Below are positions 37,401-52,400 of a stretch of 64,000 nt of DNA, piece after piece; the stretch's first letter is position 1, and every line of letters begins with the position of its first letter. Below the pieces are notes generated by a model. It did not search any database. It saw nothing but the letters and a program-made list of their open reading frames with translations, and was not told where the DNA came from. A program made the position numbers and the translations under genes. The stretch comes from Phoronis australis (lineage: Eukaryota; Animalia; Phoronida), in assembly GCA_002633005.1 (NCBI GenBank), contig NMRA01000881.1, positions 46,675-110,674 on the forward strand, in the 5' to 3' direction.

Positions 37401-40400
37401 TGGCACCAGTGTGACGCCAGCAGTCGCGTAGGAAAAAAACTCAAATGTAAAGTGACAACTTCCGTCGTTTTCATTATTTTTCAAACATATGACAGCAAAT
37501 GTCACCCAACGACAAAGTTGTTTAAACTGCGAATGTGCCCAGTGATAAGAATTCTTTAATCAGTAAAGCATTGTTACAGTTTTTGGCCTAATTACACATT
37601 AGGCTTCATTTGCCAGTCTGTAAAACTTGCCAGTCCCCACCTAGGAATGGATCTCATATCTTACTTTCAAGGCTATGCTGAACATGGCTAGTATTTGAGA
37701 GATCCTGAATTCGATTGTTAGGTCGGGAGAGAACATTCGTTTCAAAGGAATAAATAAAGTGCAATAATTAGGCGAAAAACAGTGCTTTCCAAAAGGAACT
37801 TTTACCAGAATTAGGCCCCTACCTTAGAGTTCAAATGTAATGGCCTCAAGTTTGTAATGATACAATAGATGTGAAAATATAATTTTTAATTATGAAATTA
37901 TTGAATTGCTGAGTTAACAAAAATGTTGATTTTAACTTTTTTAAAACACGACTCCAAGGAGGACGCAGAAGAATAAATTACATTTAGCAGATTGACAGAG
38001 ATTATCATCATAGGATAAAAACATAGTCACTTAATCTATTTTGAGAAATCATTAAGTTTATGAACAATAGACTATGAGTCTTATCCCTAAACGAAGGCCT
38101 GTGTGTTTTTATTTACATTTCAAGAAACAGTTCACAGGCCACTTGGCACATGATTATTTTCATGAAATCCCAATAATCAAAATATTATCTCACCTGTGAT
38201 CCTCCCGCGTCCGGATGCTCCATTCCCTGAAAATATGGTTAAACAGAAAAGTTAAAATGTACCAGAAATGATTCCATTATTAAGGTGAAGCTCTACCCAC
38301 CAAAGTACTATCAGTGGTTAAATCTTAGTTAAGATTAACATACAAGTTCATACAGAAACAAACTCTCATGACCAACCAAATCCATAAGAAACTTCTAAAT
38401 GCTATGCTTTGCTCTGTTCTCCAAAACGCTGCTAGGATCTGTTTTAAAAATGTTCCACTTTTGCATGAGGAGCTAAAAAAATGAGAAGTTGCATAACATG
38501 AAAACTAAATTATAATTTTGAAAACTTTTTAGAAAACTGTGACATCGGTCTGTGATTTCATCTTAAACATGTAAATCAAATAAAATTTGGTCGCGTTTTA
38601 GATACCGTCGTTTTGCTACAAGTGTACTAGCCTTTCTTTTTTTGCTGAACATCACAAACAATACATGGTCACATGATCCAAATAATGGCAGACAAGATTG
38701 GTATAAAGTATAAATGCTACAGGCTTTCTAGTTTCAGACAATACATATTTTAGTGACTTAACATCTACAGTTAAGGTACTTGGCTAAATACACACACTAG
38801 TCAGAAAGGTCATAAAACACCTGAACATTAGTGCTTCACGTGAATGTTCTGGTAAATGCATTCACAAATTTTTTTAAGGTGTTTATCGTTTAATATATTG
38901 AACTTACCGTTTCAAAAAGTACATGTTAACAGAATTTATAATTAAGTATTTTGCATAGTGATACACTGTAATCCTTTTGGAAACGCCAAAGGACAGATGA
39001 ATTAAAGCAACATTGCTGTTCAACGACTGACATGTGTCATGAGTATCAATTCTTTACACATGACATGAATTGGAACGACATAGACATGTCTTACTGGAAG
39101 TCCTGGTAACTTCCAACTAGCAAAAAAATGGTCCCAACCATAATAATCTTCAATGCGATTTAGAACTACCGGTACCTTACTTTACGACATCACAAAATAG
39201 GTGGCATAGTTCTGCAGTAATCTTATCTGTCATCCAAATGAAGCGACTACAAACTAGCAAAGAAACCAACTTTTGATTTTAATAACTATGTCTTATTCCT
39301 AGAAAATTGGCCTAAACTTGCTTTGTGCTCAAATGAGAAGCGATTTTCTCTCTTGTAATGTACTCGCTGTTCACGTTATTTCTTCAGACAAAGTTAAATT
39401 TCAGGTCATGTCATGACCTGAAATTTTATGACCTTGCTCTAAAGAAATAACAAACTGTCAGTTCCCACGAGCCAAGAGATTACGTCTAAATTGAGGAAGT
39501 AACAAGACTAATTTTATAATTCCAAGTGCCCTAAATCAAAGCTTGTGTTTTAATGGAAAGCAGGGGTTGAATCATGTCACTTTAAATATTTTTGCAGCTC
39601 TTCATTTAACAAAAATGGACATGAACAAAAGTGTTGTTTGACATTATGGCTTGTGGGAACGAGTCTGCCCGATAAGATGTTCCCCATTCCCATCAACACA
39701 AAATTACCGTTCATGCTTGTTTACGATCTTGTCTTTTGCCCTATAAATCAAATACGTATATGCCCAACAAATCAACAGCAACTCGCTGTGTCACAACCCC
39801 ACACCTTACATAAGTTTTGAATTTCATATTCAAATTAATTCCGTGAGAACGTTCCTAAACTGTGTCCTATCCTAAGATCACATTTATTTCACTTAAGGTG
39901 GCATTATCGGAGAGACAAATGATTTTCCGAAATCAACCCCAATGCAGAATCGAAACCAAAACTCGCTCCGTAGCCAAATGCTGTGCTACATTGCAATCAC
40001 TAAATGTTAGTCCTTTAACTGTGCTGAGCTTACGAAGTCACCCCCGTGATTTCAGCAATTATCTTGCTGACAGCGTCAAGAGTTGGCGATTTGTAATGAA
40101 ATCACAAAAAATGAATTTCATTGTTTTATAGCTCTGGTCAAGACTTAATAACTTCAAAAAGTCTATCCCATTCATTAATCATCCCAAAAATATGTTTTCC
40201 GGACGTAAAAGAGATATTCTTTTAAAAAACATGGTCAAACTGGAATGCTAAAATCTAAACACAATGCAGAACGCTGTACGAATGTGTTGACATTTGGCAA
40301 CATGTCTAATATTATTTAGACTTTTAAATCCATACAGTTCATCTAGTAACCATTTACCTAATATAATCTACCATTAACAAATTACAAAATAATTAAGAAC

Positions 40401-43400
40401 ACAGTAAGCTAGAGTTCCCTCATAGTAATCAATATAGGTGTCAGCAGCCAGTGGACAAAACACTCAAAATTAATTAGATTTATTGACTGCTGTCAAAGAA
40501 ACTATCATTGTACTTCAGCATCTTACTCCATAAATTAAATTGATAGTGCAGCTAAATGCTATTGACAGGTATCCTTGGAAACTTAAGAGGTGCTGAATAG
40601 GCTCTTGTAATTTAATTTTGGAATACAAAAACCACTGTTCATATAAAATGAATTTATTCATCACTAGCCATGGTTAACTCACACCTTGTAATTAAATCTA
40701 CACCACTGCCATTCAACACCTGACTAGAAATAATATCCTTGACATGATACAAGCTGTGTTCAGACCCACTAAGCCGGATTGTAATTCTTTCAATAGTTGT
40801 AACCGTTGCCAGTATAACTGTTGTAAAAGGTCTTTCTCATTAGCTCCGAAGCTTCGGTCAATGAGAACACTAATCTTCTGTCTTGAATCGAAGTTACCAG
40901 AGCGAGTTTACTGTGTACTAAAGAGATGGAATTAACAACAAAGTGCCGACACTTCTCTACATCCCATTAGAGTTATCGACAGGGGCCACTGCATTTGGCA
41001 ACAGAGGGTTGGTTAATATTTGTTAATATCTTGTTCTAATATTTATAATTATTTTGGCAGTAAAAAGCATACTGTTTCAATTTAACCAATGTATTTGCAG
41101 GATTCTTTACATTAAAAAATCCCTGAAATTTGATGCACGCAAAGATTTCCTGCCATTACATCGCCTTTGTTCGGATTACCAAAGTATTAGCCTACTCATT
41201 CGGTCAGTTTTTCACTGTGTCATCTTCTAGTGTGGCAACTGTTGGCTGCTTTTTGAAGTTGACGTTCTAGTTTCCATTTGGGGAGAGGGATAGGTCCTTG
41301 TCACTTTTTATGACAAAGGACATAAAAGCGGCACCTTGCAATAACTTCACTGAACTAAATTTTCTGACTAATTCTGAAGCTGATGGAGACACTAACACTT
41401 AACTTAGCAGTTAACCACAATTAACATCGAAGCTTTGACAGAAGCAATCAGAGTTAATTGAATGGAAAAGGGCCTTAACCCTAGTTTGTGGTTTTGGTCG
41501 CTGGTCCTAAGTCTGATTCACTCCCACTTAATTCATAAGCCAACAACCGAGCATTATCTTACTTAGATTCGATCAGTTTATCGACAGCACTCGATGACAT
41601 GAAAGTCGCAAGTTGCAACCTAGCCAAAATCCCAGGTTGCAGTTTCTACATGTAACCACACGTGGTATTTTCAGACAAACAAAGCACATATTAGTATATC
41701 AGACATCAAAACCAAAAGTACTGCGAAGCAACCATTTTTGGCTTTGATTGCTTCCCTAATCCTCTTCCTCAAAAACTGGCTCTTTGACATACTACTTTTG
41801 AGGGGGCTCACAAAATGTTGTCAATTTCCACAAGTTGTTTGGCAATTCTACATGAGCCATCTCGTCCACCAGATGGTCTCGCCACCTGGTGACAGCAGCG
41901 CCGCTTCACAGAGTTATATCTTTTGCAACTGTTGTGTTTACACAGAGTTACCATGGTAACCACCCTCAGATGGTTATAACTACGCTAGTTATAGGTCTTA
42001 ACTATAAAGTTTCCTTCCGCTTCACAGTCATGAAACTCAACTTCATTGTCGTCACTGTCATCAAACACTTGCTAGATATCAAATTCCTCTTTTAGGTTAT
42101 CTGTTATACTAATTAAAGTCAAAAGCACACAAATATTGTCAATTTCATCATCTGAAAAGTCTACATCTAAATCGCTATCGGCTAAAATTTTGTTTTTGCC
42201 GTCAGCAAAAAATTCTTGGAAATCTATTTTAATAACTCATGTCAGATCTCATGAACCAATCAGAAATGCTGTGAAAATGAAGGTAAGTCTTTATTTAAAC
42301 TTAAGACATACACAAAGGAATTTCCAAATCAATCAAATATGCTGTTGCTTGAATTTCGGCATGTTGCGAGACCAATAAAGCGGTTTACAGTGTTGAAAGG
42401 GGTAAAGCTGGTTTTAAGGTGTCCACACTGAGGGTTATAACCTTTAAATCAGTTTTAAAGTTGTAACAGTGTAATATTCTAAAAACAGGTCAATGGAAAT
42501 GATCAATGGTTAAAAAATTAAGCACCCTAATTTACGCTAGCACTCCCTCGTAACTTGAATCATACATTTCATGGAATCTGAAAAACCCAAAGGTACACAT
42601 AAGTTTCTCTTGAGAATGCAATTATGTTAACCCATCGTCTTGAAAGTAGCCTCCAATCATATTATCACTAACATATCGCATGTGAAATCTACTGACATGT
42701 TCGATAATAAGTTGATTATCGACCAAAAACCACGCACACAGCAAATTAAGATGACAATCACAGCCTCTCACGCTTTATCTCCCCCACGATCTAAACCAAT
42801 GAACAGTTGACACATCTTGAGCAATGTAATGACATATTTTCCATTTCACAAGATATCCCGTCACTGAAAATTATCCGAAAGACAATATGTACTTCTTTCA
42901 ACGTTACTATGCAGAAAATTGCATATTAACACGAACAAAAGTTTCTGTCAGTACGAAAAAGTTAATAGCTCATTGTATCAATGGAACGATGATACATTCT
43001 GTCAGTTTTCAATATGCAAAAGGAAATTGAAAGTCCTAGATTTGTTTTAAGCAGCATTTTGCCCTGTTTACTTAGCCAGAAAATGAAAGCTGAATTAGGC
43101 CTTCACAATACTCCGTACTCTTATAAGATTCCATTTCTAAGTGTAAATGGGCTAATTCAATTTTCCTTTCAGCCAGCTGGGCAAAACACTCCTTCAAAAT
43201 GCCAATTTTCATTTTGTATTGAAAATTGAATTTTCATGGACGAAACTGTGACTTAATTGACTGTGTAGTTTGAAGGTGATGTGAAAGGTTATTTTCTGAG
43301 TGTTGGTAAAGCCCTGAGCCATTGTCACAATAATAAAAATTCATTGAAGCTGCAATTTGCCCCGTTTAGCAGGTCTGAAAACAAAAATCGAATAAGACAT

Positions 43401-46400
43401 TTTACTCTCATAAAATGGGTCTCATGTATCGTGATAGGATTCTACTAATCTGTTACCAACCAGAACACCGAAACCATCAACGGTTTATTGGGGTTAGCCA
43501 ACCTAAAGGTGAGAATTTGAAAATGGCGCATGTACACATTGCCTGAGACTTGAGGTTGGCCAAAACAAAAATTGTGAATCCAAAAATGACGCGTGTATGC
43601 ATTGCCTTTGAATTAATTCGGTAACGGAATCAATATCCTGCCATGGCAAGGAATATTAAGAGACTGACTTTATATTAGAACAAAAGACCTATTTTGATTT
43701 TCATTTGTTAGCCAGATAAACATGACAACACATAGCTTTAATTTCAGTTTTAACATCAAAATAATTGTATAATCATCAAAAAATGTGACGATAAGAAGTG
43801 AAAAAAAATTCAAGACATAAATTAATTAATTAACTAGTATTTCAACCACATGCCCTGAGATCCGCTCGGTGTGACAGACTTCCAGGAACAGTTAGAATCA
43901 AGAAAAACACATGGCTTGCACGCAAGCAAACATACACAAACTAACAACAAAATGGCATTACCACGATGGGGCAAGTGGCAAAACAATTTTTTGGCATTTT
44001 TCCAAAAATAATAGTACAAGTAACATTTAACTGAGAAAAAAATAAGTGCTACTAGAAAGTGTAGACATTTGTCCACAGAATGTGATCAGTTTCTAGATTC
44101 ACGACTTACAATAATGATAATTATGCAGTGAAAATCTTGACTTTATTTAATGCATGGATAATGCTTTAGTCAAATACAGTTTCGTTTGCATGTGAAAAAG
44201 TTACCAGTGTTGCTAAAATCCAAGTCAGTTTGTTTGGTCCAAAGGTATTAATTAACAGCACACAAGCCCAATAATATCTATGGTAGGTCTGAACCCTAAA
44301 TATGTTATTTATTCGTAAAACATCATGGCGATGTAGTTCAAAAGTCGGGAAGGGTAATATGAGGAAATGACTATTTAGAGAACCATAATTTATGAGATCA
44401 GAAATCACTAGGCTTTGCCCGGCATTTCACTAGGGAAGAACTGTCTTTTGTAGGAGTAAAACATGTGATTCAAAGGAAATCAGTGCCACCAATGCGCCAT
44501 CTTCAGGGACCAGATCAATGTCATATTGTAGGCAAAGACTTTCATCTTTAAATTGCAATGTTTGGATAGCGGACAATTTAAACGGTTCGTTTTTAATTTC
44601 ACATTTGAGAACCCAATGTGCAAAAACAGTTGTCCCTTCCTGACAATGTCTTCCCCATAAAAGGGATCCACAGTGAAACAATCGATTCACTAGATACACA
44701 AAGCAGTCGCAGACAGCAACACTTTATACCCTGTCGAACCTTCCTATAGGAGATGCACACAGAACATTTCTCTAGTACATATGCCCTACGGAAGAATACT
44801 TTTTGAATGTTATGGCGAAATTCCCAAAGAAATCCAAAAGGTGCTGTGACTAAAGATAATTTCCTACTGTGTAAATCGTTGCTTGGAAATCGAGAAAAAC
44901 CCAAATGCCAGGAAAATACAACCGAATCACAAAAATAATATGTGCAACGGAGCATAGTAAATAATTTGAAAGTTTGTTCGAAATCTCTTTAGAAGTTGTA
45001 CACAGAAGAGCATTTCTCTTTTTGAATCTGTGAAAATTAAGCACAAGCCAAAAGTCAGACAAAATTAATTGAATAGCAGAACAATGATAGTGATACAGCC
45101 CTTCGTAAGCATTCAAAGGGTTCGTTGAGAAATGCAGGAAATGGTGAAAAAAGAACATTCCTCAGCACAGACAGACCGATGGACAGACAGACAGTCTTTG
45201 CACTGTCTCCATCACTGGGGGAAAATTTATTGAGGGCCCCGCATGGTGGTTTTGTGAAACCTGCTACTAAGCCCAGCCTCGAATTTTACGTAAATTAATC
45301 TCCCAAAGGCCTCTTTGGCCATTCATGAGATACCGGTATTTTCCATGGATAAGCCCATGGGTGTGTATTCAGAAAATGAAAAATTTCAGGTGGTTTAGTA
45401 ACACTAAATAAACGACTGGGCATTTATTCGGAAAAGGGGGCATGTAAACGGAAAGTTGACGCTGAGAGGGTTTTCAAGAGGAAATTTTCCAAATAAACCC
45501 CCCACTATCTGGGCACTTGACACCAAAAGTTGTAACACCAAATACATGTAAATGCCCATGGGCGTTTATGCGCCATAAGTTTCGGAATAAACGCCCATGG
45601 GCCTTTCATCGGGTAGGCTTATTTACGGAAAATCTCGGTACAATGTTCCCTACTGGGGTCTTACTGTTTTGGTATAGGGCTGACTGCATGATTGTGTAAT
45701 GAATTACAGGGTTTGACAAAATACTAAGCAACAAACACAGTAGTTTATTGTCCACGTTCAATTCAAAACCAATTTACAGTGGGTGAAATTGAAACTCAGC
45801 ATTTTACACAACTGCAATTAGTAGGACAAAATCACGCAAAATCACATTCATGTATAAGGGCACATCAATGGGACTTACCTCCCCTGACTGACGCTCTTCT
45901 CTCCTGGGGTCTACGACTATTTCGCCTCCATCAGTTTTTGTGTCCACCTTTGACTGGGTGCTGGATGTCGTGAGTAGACTGGCTTGACTCTGAAGCTGTT
46001 GCAGCTCCCTCTGAAGGCCAAATAGTTCTCGTTCAGTTGTGTCTAACTGTCTCTGTAGTTCTCCCTTCTCTGATTTATGGTTGTCTAGCAGTAATTTCAT
46101 CTGATCCTAAAAATACAGTCAATTAAAGGTATTCTACTTGGTCATTACATGCTTACATAAGGACAATATTCTCAGCCACAACAACTGCCACAAGATAAAT
46201 ATCTTTCTTCTCTTATTTCTTTCTGAAGCTTTGCATAAAACAATGACAGTGATGTATTGCTACATATATTTTGAACGTTTACATGGTACCACCAGCCGCT
46301 GACTGACACAAAATTTGCTCACAACAAGGAACTTGTAAGCAGTTCCAGAGCCAGGGGTCTAATCTTAATACTTGAAATCGAAATTAATTAATTTTGACAT

Positions 46401-49400
46401 TTTCTATTCTACTTTGTGCAAGCTCAGAATGAAAGTCTTTTATTCTATACTTTCATGGATAACTCTTTAATGCAAGTTTGCACTTGATGACACCAGCATT
46501 AAGGCTAAGCATTCCCGTCAACTCGAATTTTTGAGTTTTTAATATCAACTTCGATTAGAAACTCGTATGCATAAAGCATAATGTACTCGACCATTTATCT
46601 TAGGTTCGTACAAAAGCAGAATAAAAAATGCCAAAAATAACTTTGAGTAGAAAGAGTAGACCGCACTCCAAGGACTATCAATTTCCCTCAAACCGGACAC
46701 AAAGCTCGACATGGCAATATTAATGATACTCGGATCCTAAGAAAAGGAATATTACTCAGAGACCTGTTTGTTGAGAATGTAATTTGTGGTTTTTCACAGA
46801 TAAGTACTGTCATACACAGGACAGCATCAACCAACCTTGGGAATAATAGAGTGAAGTGTTCTCTAATCAATGATCAAAAAATATTTAAATGGAAGGTTGA
46901 TGTGATGAGACTTCAAATCAATTTGTCAAAATCAACATCCAAACTAAATGGGAAGATCATAACCAGGTATTTTCCAGACACAAATCTAACAAGATTTTCA
47001 CGGTGAATATGAATTTGACCTTGACCAGTCACCCAGTGACCTCAAAAAACAGTTGAAGTCATCTGAAGGTCGATGTCAACCCCATACATGTTTGAGGACC
47101 ATAGCCTTCTCTAGATAATGATGGGATAATATTCAGTAAACTGTTTAATAGTTACAAAGACTGTCTAACTGATATTTGTAAAGTAGTGTATTATTTCACC
47201 TTTTCAATGGAAGGTATAATTCTTGAATTATAAATGTTTATCAAGTAGGTTTCCAAGTGATCAAGGTACCTTAAAGTTTTGAGACAGTGCTTCATTTTGC
47301 TCAGTAAGCTGACGGAGGTTTTCTAAATTATCAGCATTCGACGCCGAGTTCTCTTGAGACAACAGCTCAATCCTGCAAGATATAAAATGCTTCATGAGAC
47401 AAAAACCAACTATACGCTTTTCTTGATCTAAATTATAAATGACAACAAACATTTATCCACAGCTCATGAGTTCAATGTATGTTTACTTTTAATCCAATGT
47501 ACGGCTCAGGTGATGACCGACTTCCAGTTCAAAATATAATGAAGATGAGTAGAAAGCAAACATGATCAAACAAAATTCTCAGTGATTTCTGAACAACACA
47601 ATTCACATCCCTCTTGAATTAAAGCTGTATCGCCCCACTAGATCACTAACTTTTGCTTCCATGTTCGCTCCTTGTCTTCGGCTTCTTTCTGAAGTTTGGC
47701 GTAACGTGACTGTAACCGATCACATTCTTCTTGTAGTAATTCACGCTCTGAATGTGTCAACTTGTACTGGTCACTAGAAGACAAGATCGTGAAATTGCAA
47801 GTCAGCAGCTTGTGCCTGCTTTATCCCTCAGGGTTACCCCCTCTACTGGTTTTTCAGGAACGGCGCCTTGGATCAATGTTTTATGTTACCCAAATTAATG
47901 AGCCCAATCAAATCTGGCATCGTATACACAATCAATTTACTCCACCAGGAGACTGCACACCAACCGTGAAATACAGCAGCTTCTACCGTTGTATACAGAT
48001 TTGCTCTTCTTTCCCGTATTTCGCAGTAAATATCATGACGTATAAAGCACCCATATTTTCACATAGGATAAAAGGTCTTTATCTCATAATCCATGAGCAA
48101 ATGCCTCAGAGGTCGAAAGACACTCATCTAGGTCTCACCATTTCACCTCATGTTTACAACAGCATCAGATGTCGGGCTTAAATATTATCTAAATGCTGTT
48201 TTTTGCACGATGAATCTACGGCCTTTATTACAGAAATAAAACTATTTAATGGCTGAATAAAGTGGTAATTATTCAGACTTTACTGACACAGTAAAATAGG
48301 ATTAATGATGGGGCTTTTCATTGACATTTTCGGAGGTGCAAAACTGACATTGTGCGAATTATGGGAGCGAAGAAATTTCAAAGTAACCTTCTGCGAAATA
48401 AGTGAGGAATAAAATATTTTTTCAAATAATTTTGGGTGCAAAATGAGACGAGAGTGTGAAATAAGTAAAGAATTACAAACCGCATTTCACTTAAAAGCTT
48501 TTAACATTAAACGTAATCATATTGACATTCAATAATCTTCTGTGTCTGTGATAACACCTGTACAACAAATTATGTTAACTGAGAACTAATTGCAATCAAA
48601 AATAGACAACAAACAGAGTCGAAACTTTGACATTTTCTTAAGAAATTCCTAGTGGAGGTGTTACTTAATGCGAGTGCTAATCTTAACCTCTGCTTAGAGT
48701 ATTCAGATGGGAAATTCTGGTAATGTATTTTATTGCCTAGAAGTTCAAAAGAAAAACATTTTTTTTCAGCATTGAAACGCTGTTCAATGTCTTTCTTTAG
48801 TAGAATTCTTCGCATAGTGAGTAATTTCAGCAAAAGTTCAGAAAGTGCAACTGCTAAATTAAAGCCCTAACGACACAAAGAACAGGCAGCAAAGTTAACA
48901 TACATGTCAAAAGAAAAATGGGCTAGCTCAGCAGGTGCCATTATTGAATAAAGACGTTGACAGTTGTGCACAAGATCACAGATCTTGCATATTGACAATA
49001 AACAGAACCAGCAGTCTATGCACAATCTATAGAGCAATGAAGGCATCCATTCGATTCTGAAAGAACATATTAAACAGGGGTCCCCAAGCATCCAAAGAGT
49101 ACATTTCACCAAACATTTTAAAATTTTCAATTTTCAACAATCCCAAGAAAAAAATTGTGGTCTGTTTCATTCTATACTGAAACCCATATAGAAAGTTCCT
49201 TAAAACCTGATACAGATCAAGTTGGTGCTCTTCTAAACAAGAGTCAACATGGAATACAAATTACCGTTAATTCAGCTCTTAGTTTTCAGTTAAAAATGTG
49301 TCACTTCACCAAATATCAACTTTTGAAAATGAGGGCCATTATCAATAACAGGTGAAACTACAGCTCATAACGTCACAAGAACGCAGAACGGAATTAAAAC

Positions 49401-52400
49401 ATGACAATATCTTTGAAAAAGAAAGTACCAATTACCTAGCCCCTAATGAGCGAGAGTTAATTAGCACAGAGCACAATAAGAAACTGATTACAGACTCGTC
49501 TTTCACTTAGGTGCTGCGTTCAGGTTGCAATTAAGGTAAAATATAGTAATAAGAACATGGTTCTGGAAAGCCACACCACGTCTACTGGTTTATTTCACAC
49601 GTCATTGCCTAGTAAATGATCAATTTATAACTGTCAGAAAGAATGCGCGAGAGCCAAAGGTTTATTATCACTTAATGAGAAAGTGCATGTTTTTAAGAGA
49701 AGAAAAAAGGTATTCACTAAGATAAAGAGCAAATTTTTGAAGTAAACCAAAACTTGCATGTCTACGTGTGAAAGAATATGAGGTCCAGTTTTAGCTATCT
49801 TTTACAATTAGGTGATATGTTTAGTGTTTCTGTAAGTCACGTACTATAATGGTCTTTACTGAAACATGACACCTGTGAAATCTGACTATTAAATTTAATA
49901 AGCAACAGAAAGCTGGCCAAAGTGTTAATTAGTTATTTTAACGATAGCAATTAGGTTTAACGAAAACATTTATCTGCGTCACATTTACATAACATTGAAA
50001 AGTTGCAAACTGACTACCGGAACTATGAGCGCAAATAGAAGTTGACATAAAATGTCAATTTGTCACCCGCTTTAGAAGTGGACCAAGCTACGCCCACTTT
50101 GCTATGAGTCAAGAACAAGTCATGTCAAAAACAAAATCAATTATCTCAACATTGCGCCTACGCTAAAGCATAAAAATGGGCATTCACTTTTGCACGATCA
50201 TGAACACGAGAGTGCACAGACTGTCGTACTGTCACTAATATGTCAGTAGTGGCAGTTTCCGCAAGTTTCATGTAAATAGGACTTGACACCGATCAACTCG
50301 TGTCAATCTGTCTAGAGTTTTTGTGTAAAAACAGTAGAGTTGCTTTAACAAGATGTAGACTGTGACCAGGCATGTCAGTGCAGAACAGTTACTTATCCTT
50401 GTTTGGCCAGATGTATAACAGGAAGCTAACGACGCAAATGATGTTCATGTACAGCATGACTCACACCTGATCATTTAGGCTACTAAATCGAAACGTTGAT
50501 CATAAACACTGTTATCACTTGCGTCATTAGCTTCTTAGTTACTTATCCATATTTGTGTTCAGTCCCTTATGGCAGCCTATGTAACCAATAGCTGCAGTGA
50601 CATCTATAAGGAAATATGGTAAAAGCAATGTTTACCAATCTGTGTGGGTAGAGTTGTGTTGTTTTTCAACTCTGTTTTTGACAAGACAGTGTAAATTTAA
50701 TTAAACAGCAGAACATTGTTTTATTTATAACCAGTGTGGTTGAAGAACATACTTTTTGTCTAGTAAATCAATTTTTAAGTTTTATTTTCAAACTTGGAGG
50801 AACTAGGGAAAATTTAAATTTGATATCTTCTAAAAATATCAATTTTCAACTCAAAATTTGCATAAAATAAAATATCAACAAAAAGTTATATTATGACGTA
50901 TAACAGATTTTATCCTAAATATCTATAACACGAAATGGTCAAGTTATCAATTCCGTTGTTTTGCCTAGAATTCTTTCCAACAAATTAAATTTAAAAACAT
51001 AAACCTGACACTACCTACAGCATATTTATGTAAAGTTCATTTAAACCAAATTCTATAAGCTTTCTTCTATCAAAACATGCAATCGAATTCTGCAGTTTTG
51101 TAGATGGACTGGCTGCTGAGACCGTTCATGTCATCAGAAATCTTTGTTTACTCAAAGGGCATTAAAGAATTTTTTTGAGTCAACGGAATAGAAACAAGCT
51201 TTTTTCTCGACAGGGGTTTGTTTCATGAAAACTGACATACTCACAGAAACTGAAAGATTTGCACCCCATGTGGTAATTATGAGAGCGTCACAATCTAGAA
51301 ATAATTTATAGAAATTACCTCAAAAACTAGTAGTTGCGCGTACATTCTAGATGCACTTATTTTTCAGACAGTTGTCTTGAGCAAACTTTCTTATTTAAGT
51401 CTTAAGACCCTTTTTCATGAAACACACTTCAGATCCCTAATTCACACTACAGTTGATTGAGAACGAGGTGTTGTGTATTAACTACATTATGGTTCTGCAT
51501 GTTTGTAACGCATGCATCCTGTTAAGGAATACAATATTTTTGACATCATTAAATATTATGAAGACATTTCGAACCTCTGCTTGTCTTTCTGTTTGCCAAC
51601 ATATTTATCCAACTATTCATTGGCTTGTTAAAGCCACATTTTGTCCTATTTAGCAGGCTAAGACATGAAAACTGAATCAGCCAATTTACTGTCATAAAAT
51701 TGATCACCCAATATTCCTTACAGTGATAGGATTTATTTTCATAACCAACAAGAATACTGAAACCATCAGAGACTTAAGAAAGCGCTTCCGAGTCTATTGG
51801 AGTTGGCCAACCCTAAAATGGCAAATTCAGAAATGGCCGCGGCTTCAGTTTCTGGTCCATTTGACAATATCATCAGATGGATGTGGTTAAGTTCTCAAAC
51901 CACAATGCACTTTGGTTAAAAATTCAGCTTAATAGGGGTGAAAAGTCCCCTAAATGTCTATCCATCGTCACAACAAAAAGTACAATATTCTGCAATCCAT
52001 AGCAGGCACAAGTCAAGGGTTACGACATTTAGTGTATCTGCGACGGCTTGTGGCATGTAACAGTAACCTTATTTGAGTTTTACCTGACTTCCTGCAGCTT
52101 GACCTTCAACTGTTCCACAGCGCCCTCTAGTCTCTCCTTGTCTAACTTAATCTGTTCCAGGGCCACCTCAGAAGAAGCCTTTGACTTCTGCTGCTTTAGA
52201 ACATTATGCACCCGAACCTATCATTAAAATATAACCACACATAAGTAAACAAAAGCATTGGTCGAGTTCTTGGGAAAAAGCTGTTTCAGCTCTTATAACA
52301 ATGCTGGAAGGTGACATTAGTTGAAACCCAAACAGTAGTTTTCCCAACAGGTGAAAAGATAAACATAAAAACACTAAGTCTGATCAAATTTGGAAAAGTG

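Noticed and set aside
47762-48181. 139-aa + strand ORF within a GCC2 intron
   Set aside because: Non-ATG start, no motif, and it overlaps repeat-like sequence and a GCC2 exon boundary in antisense.
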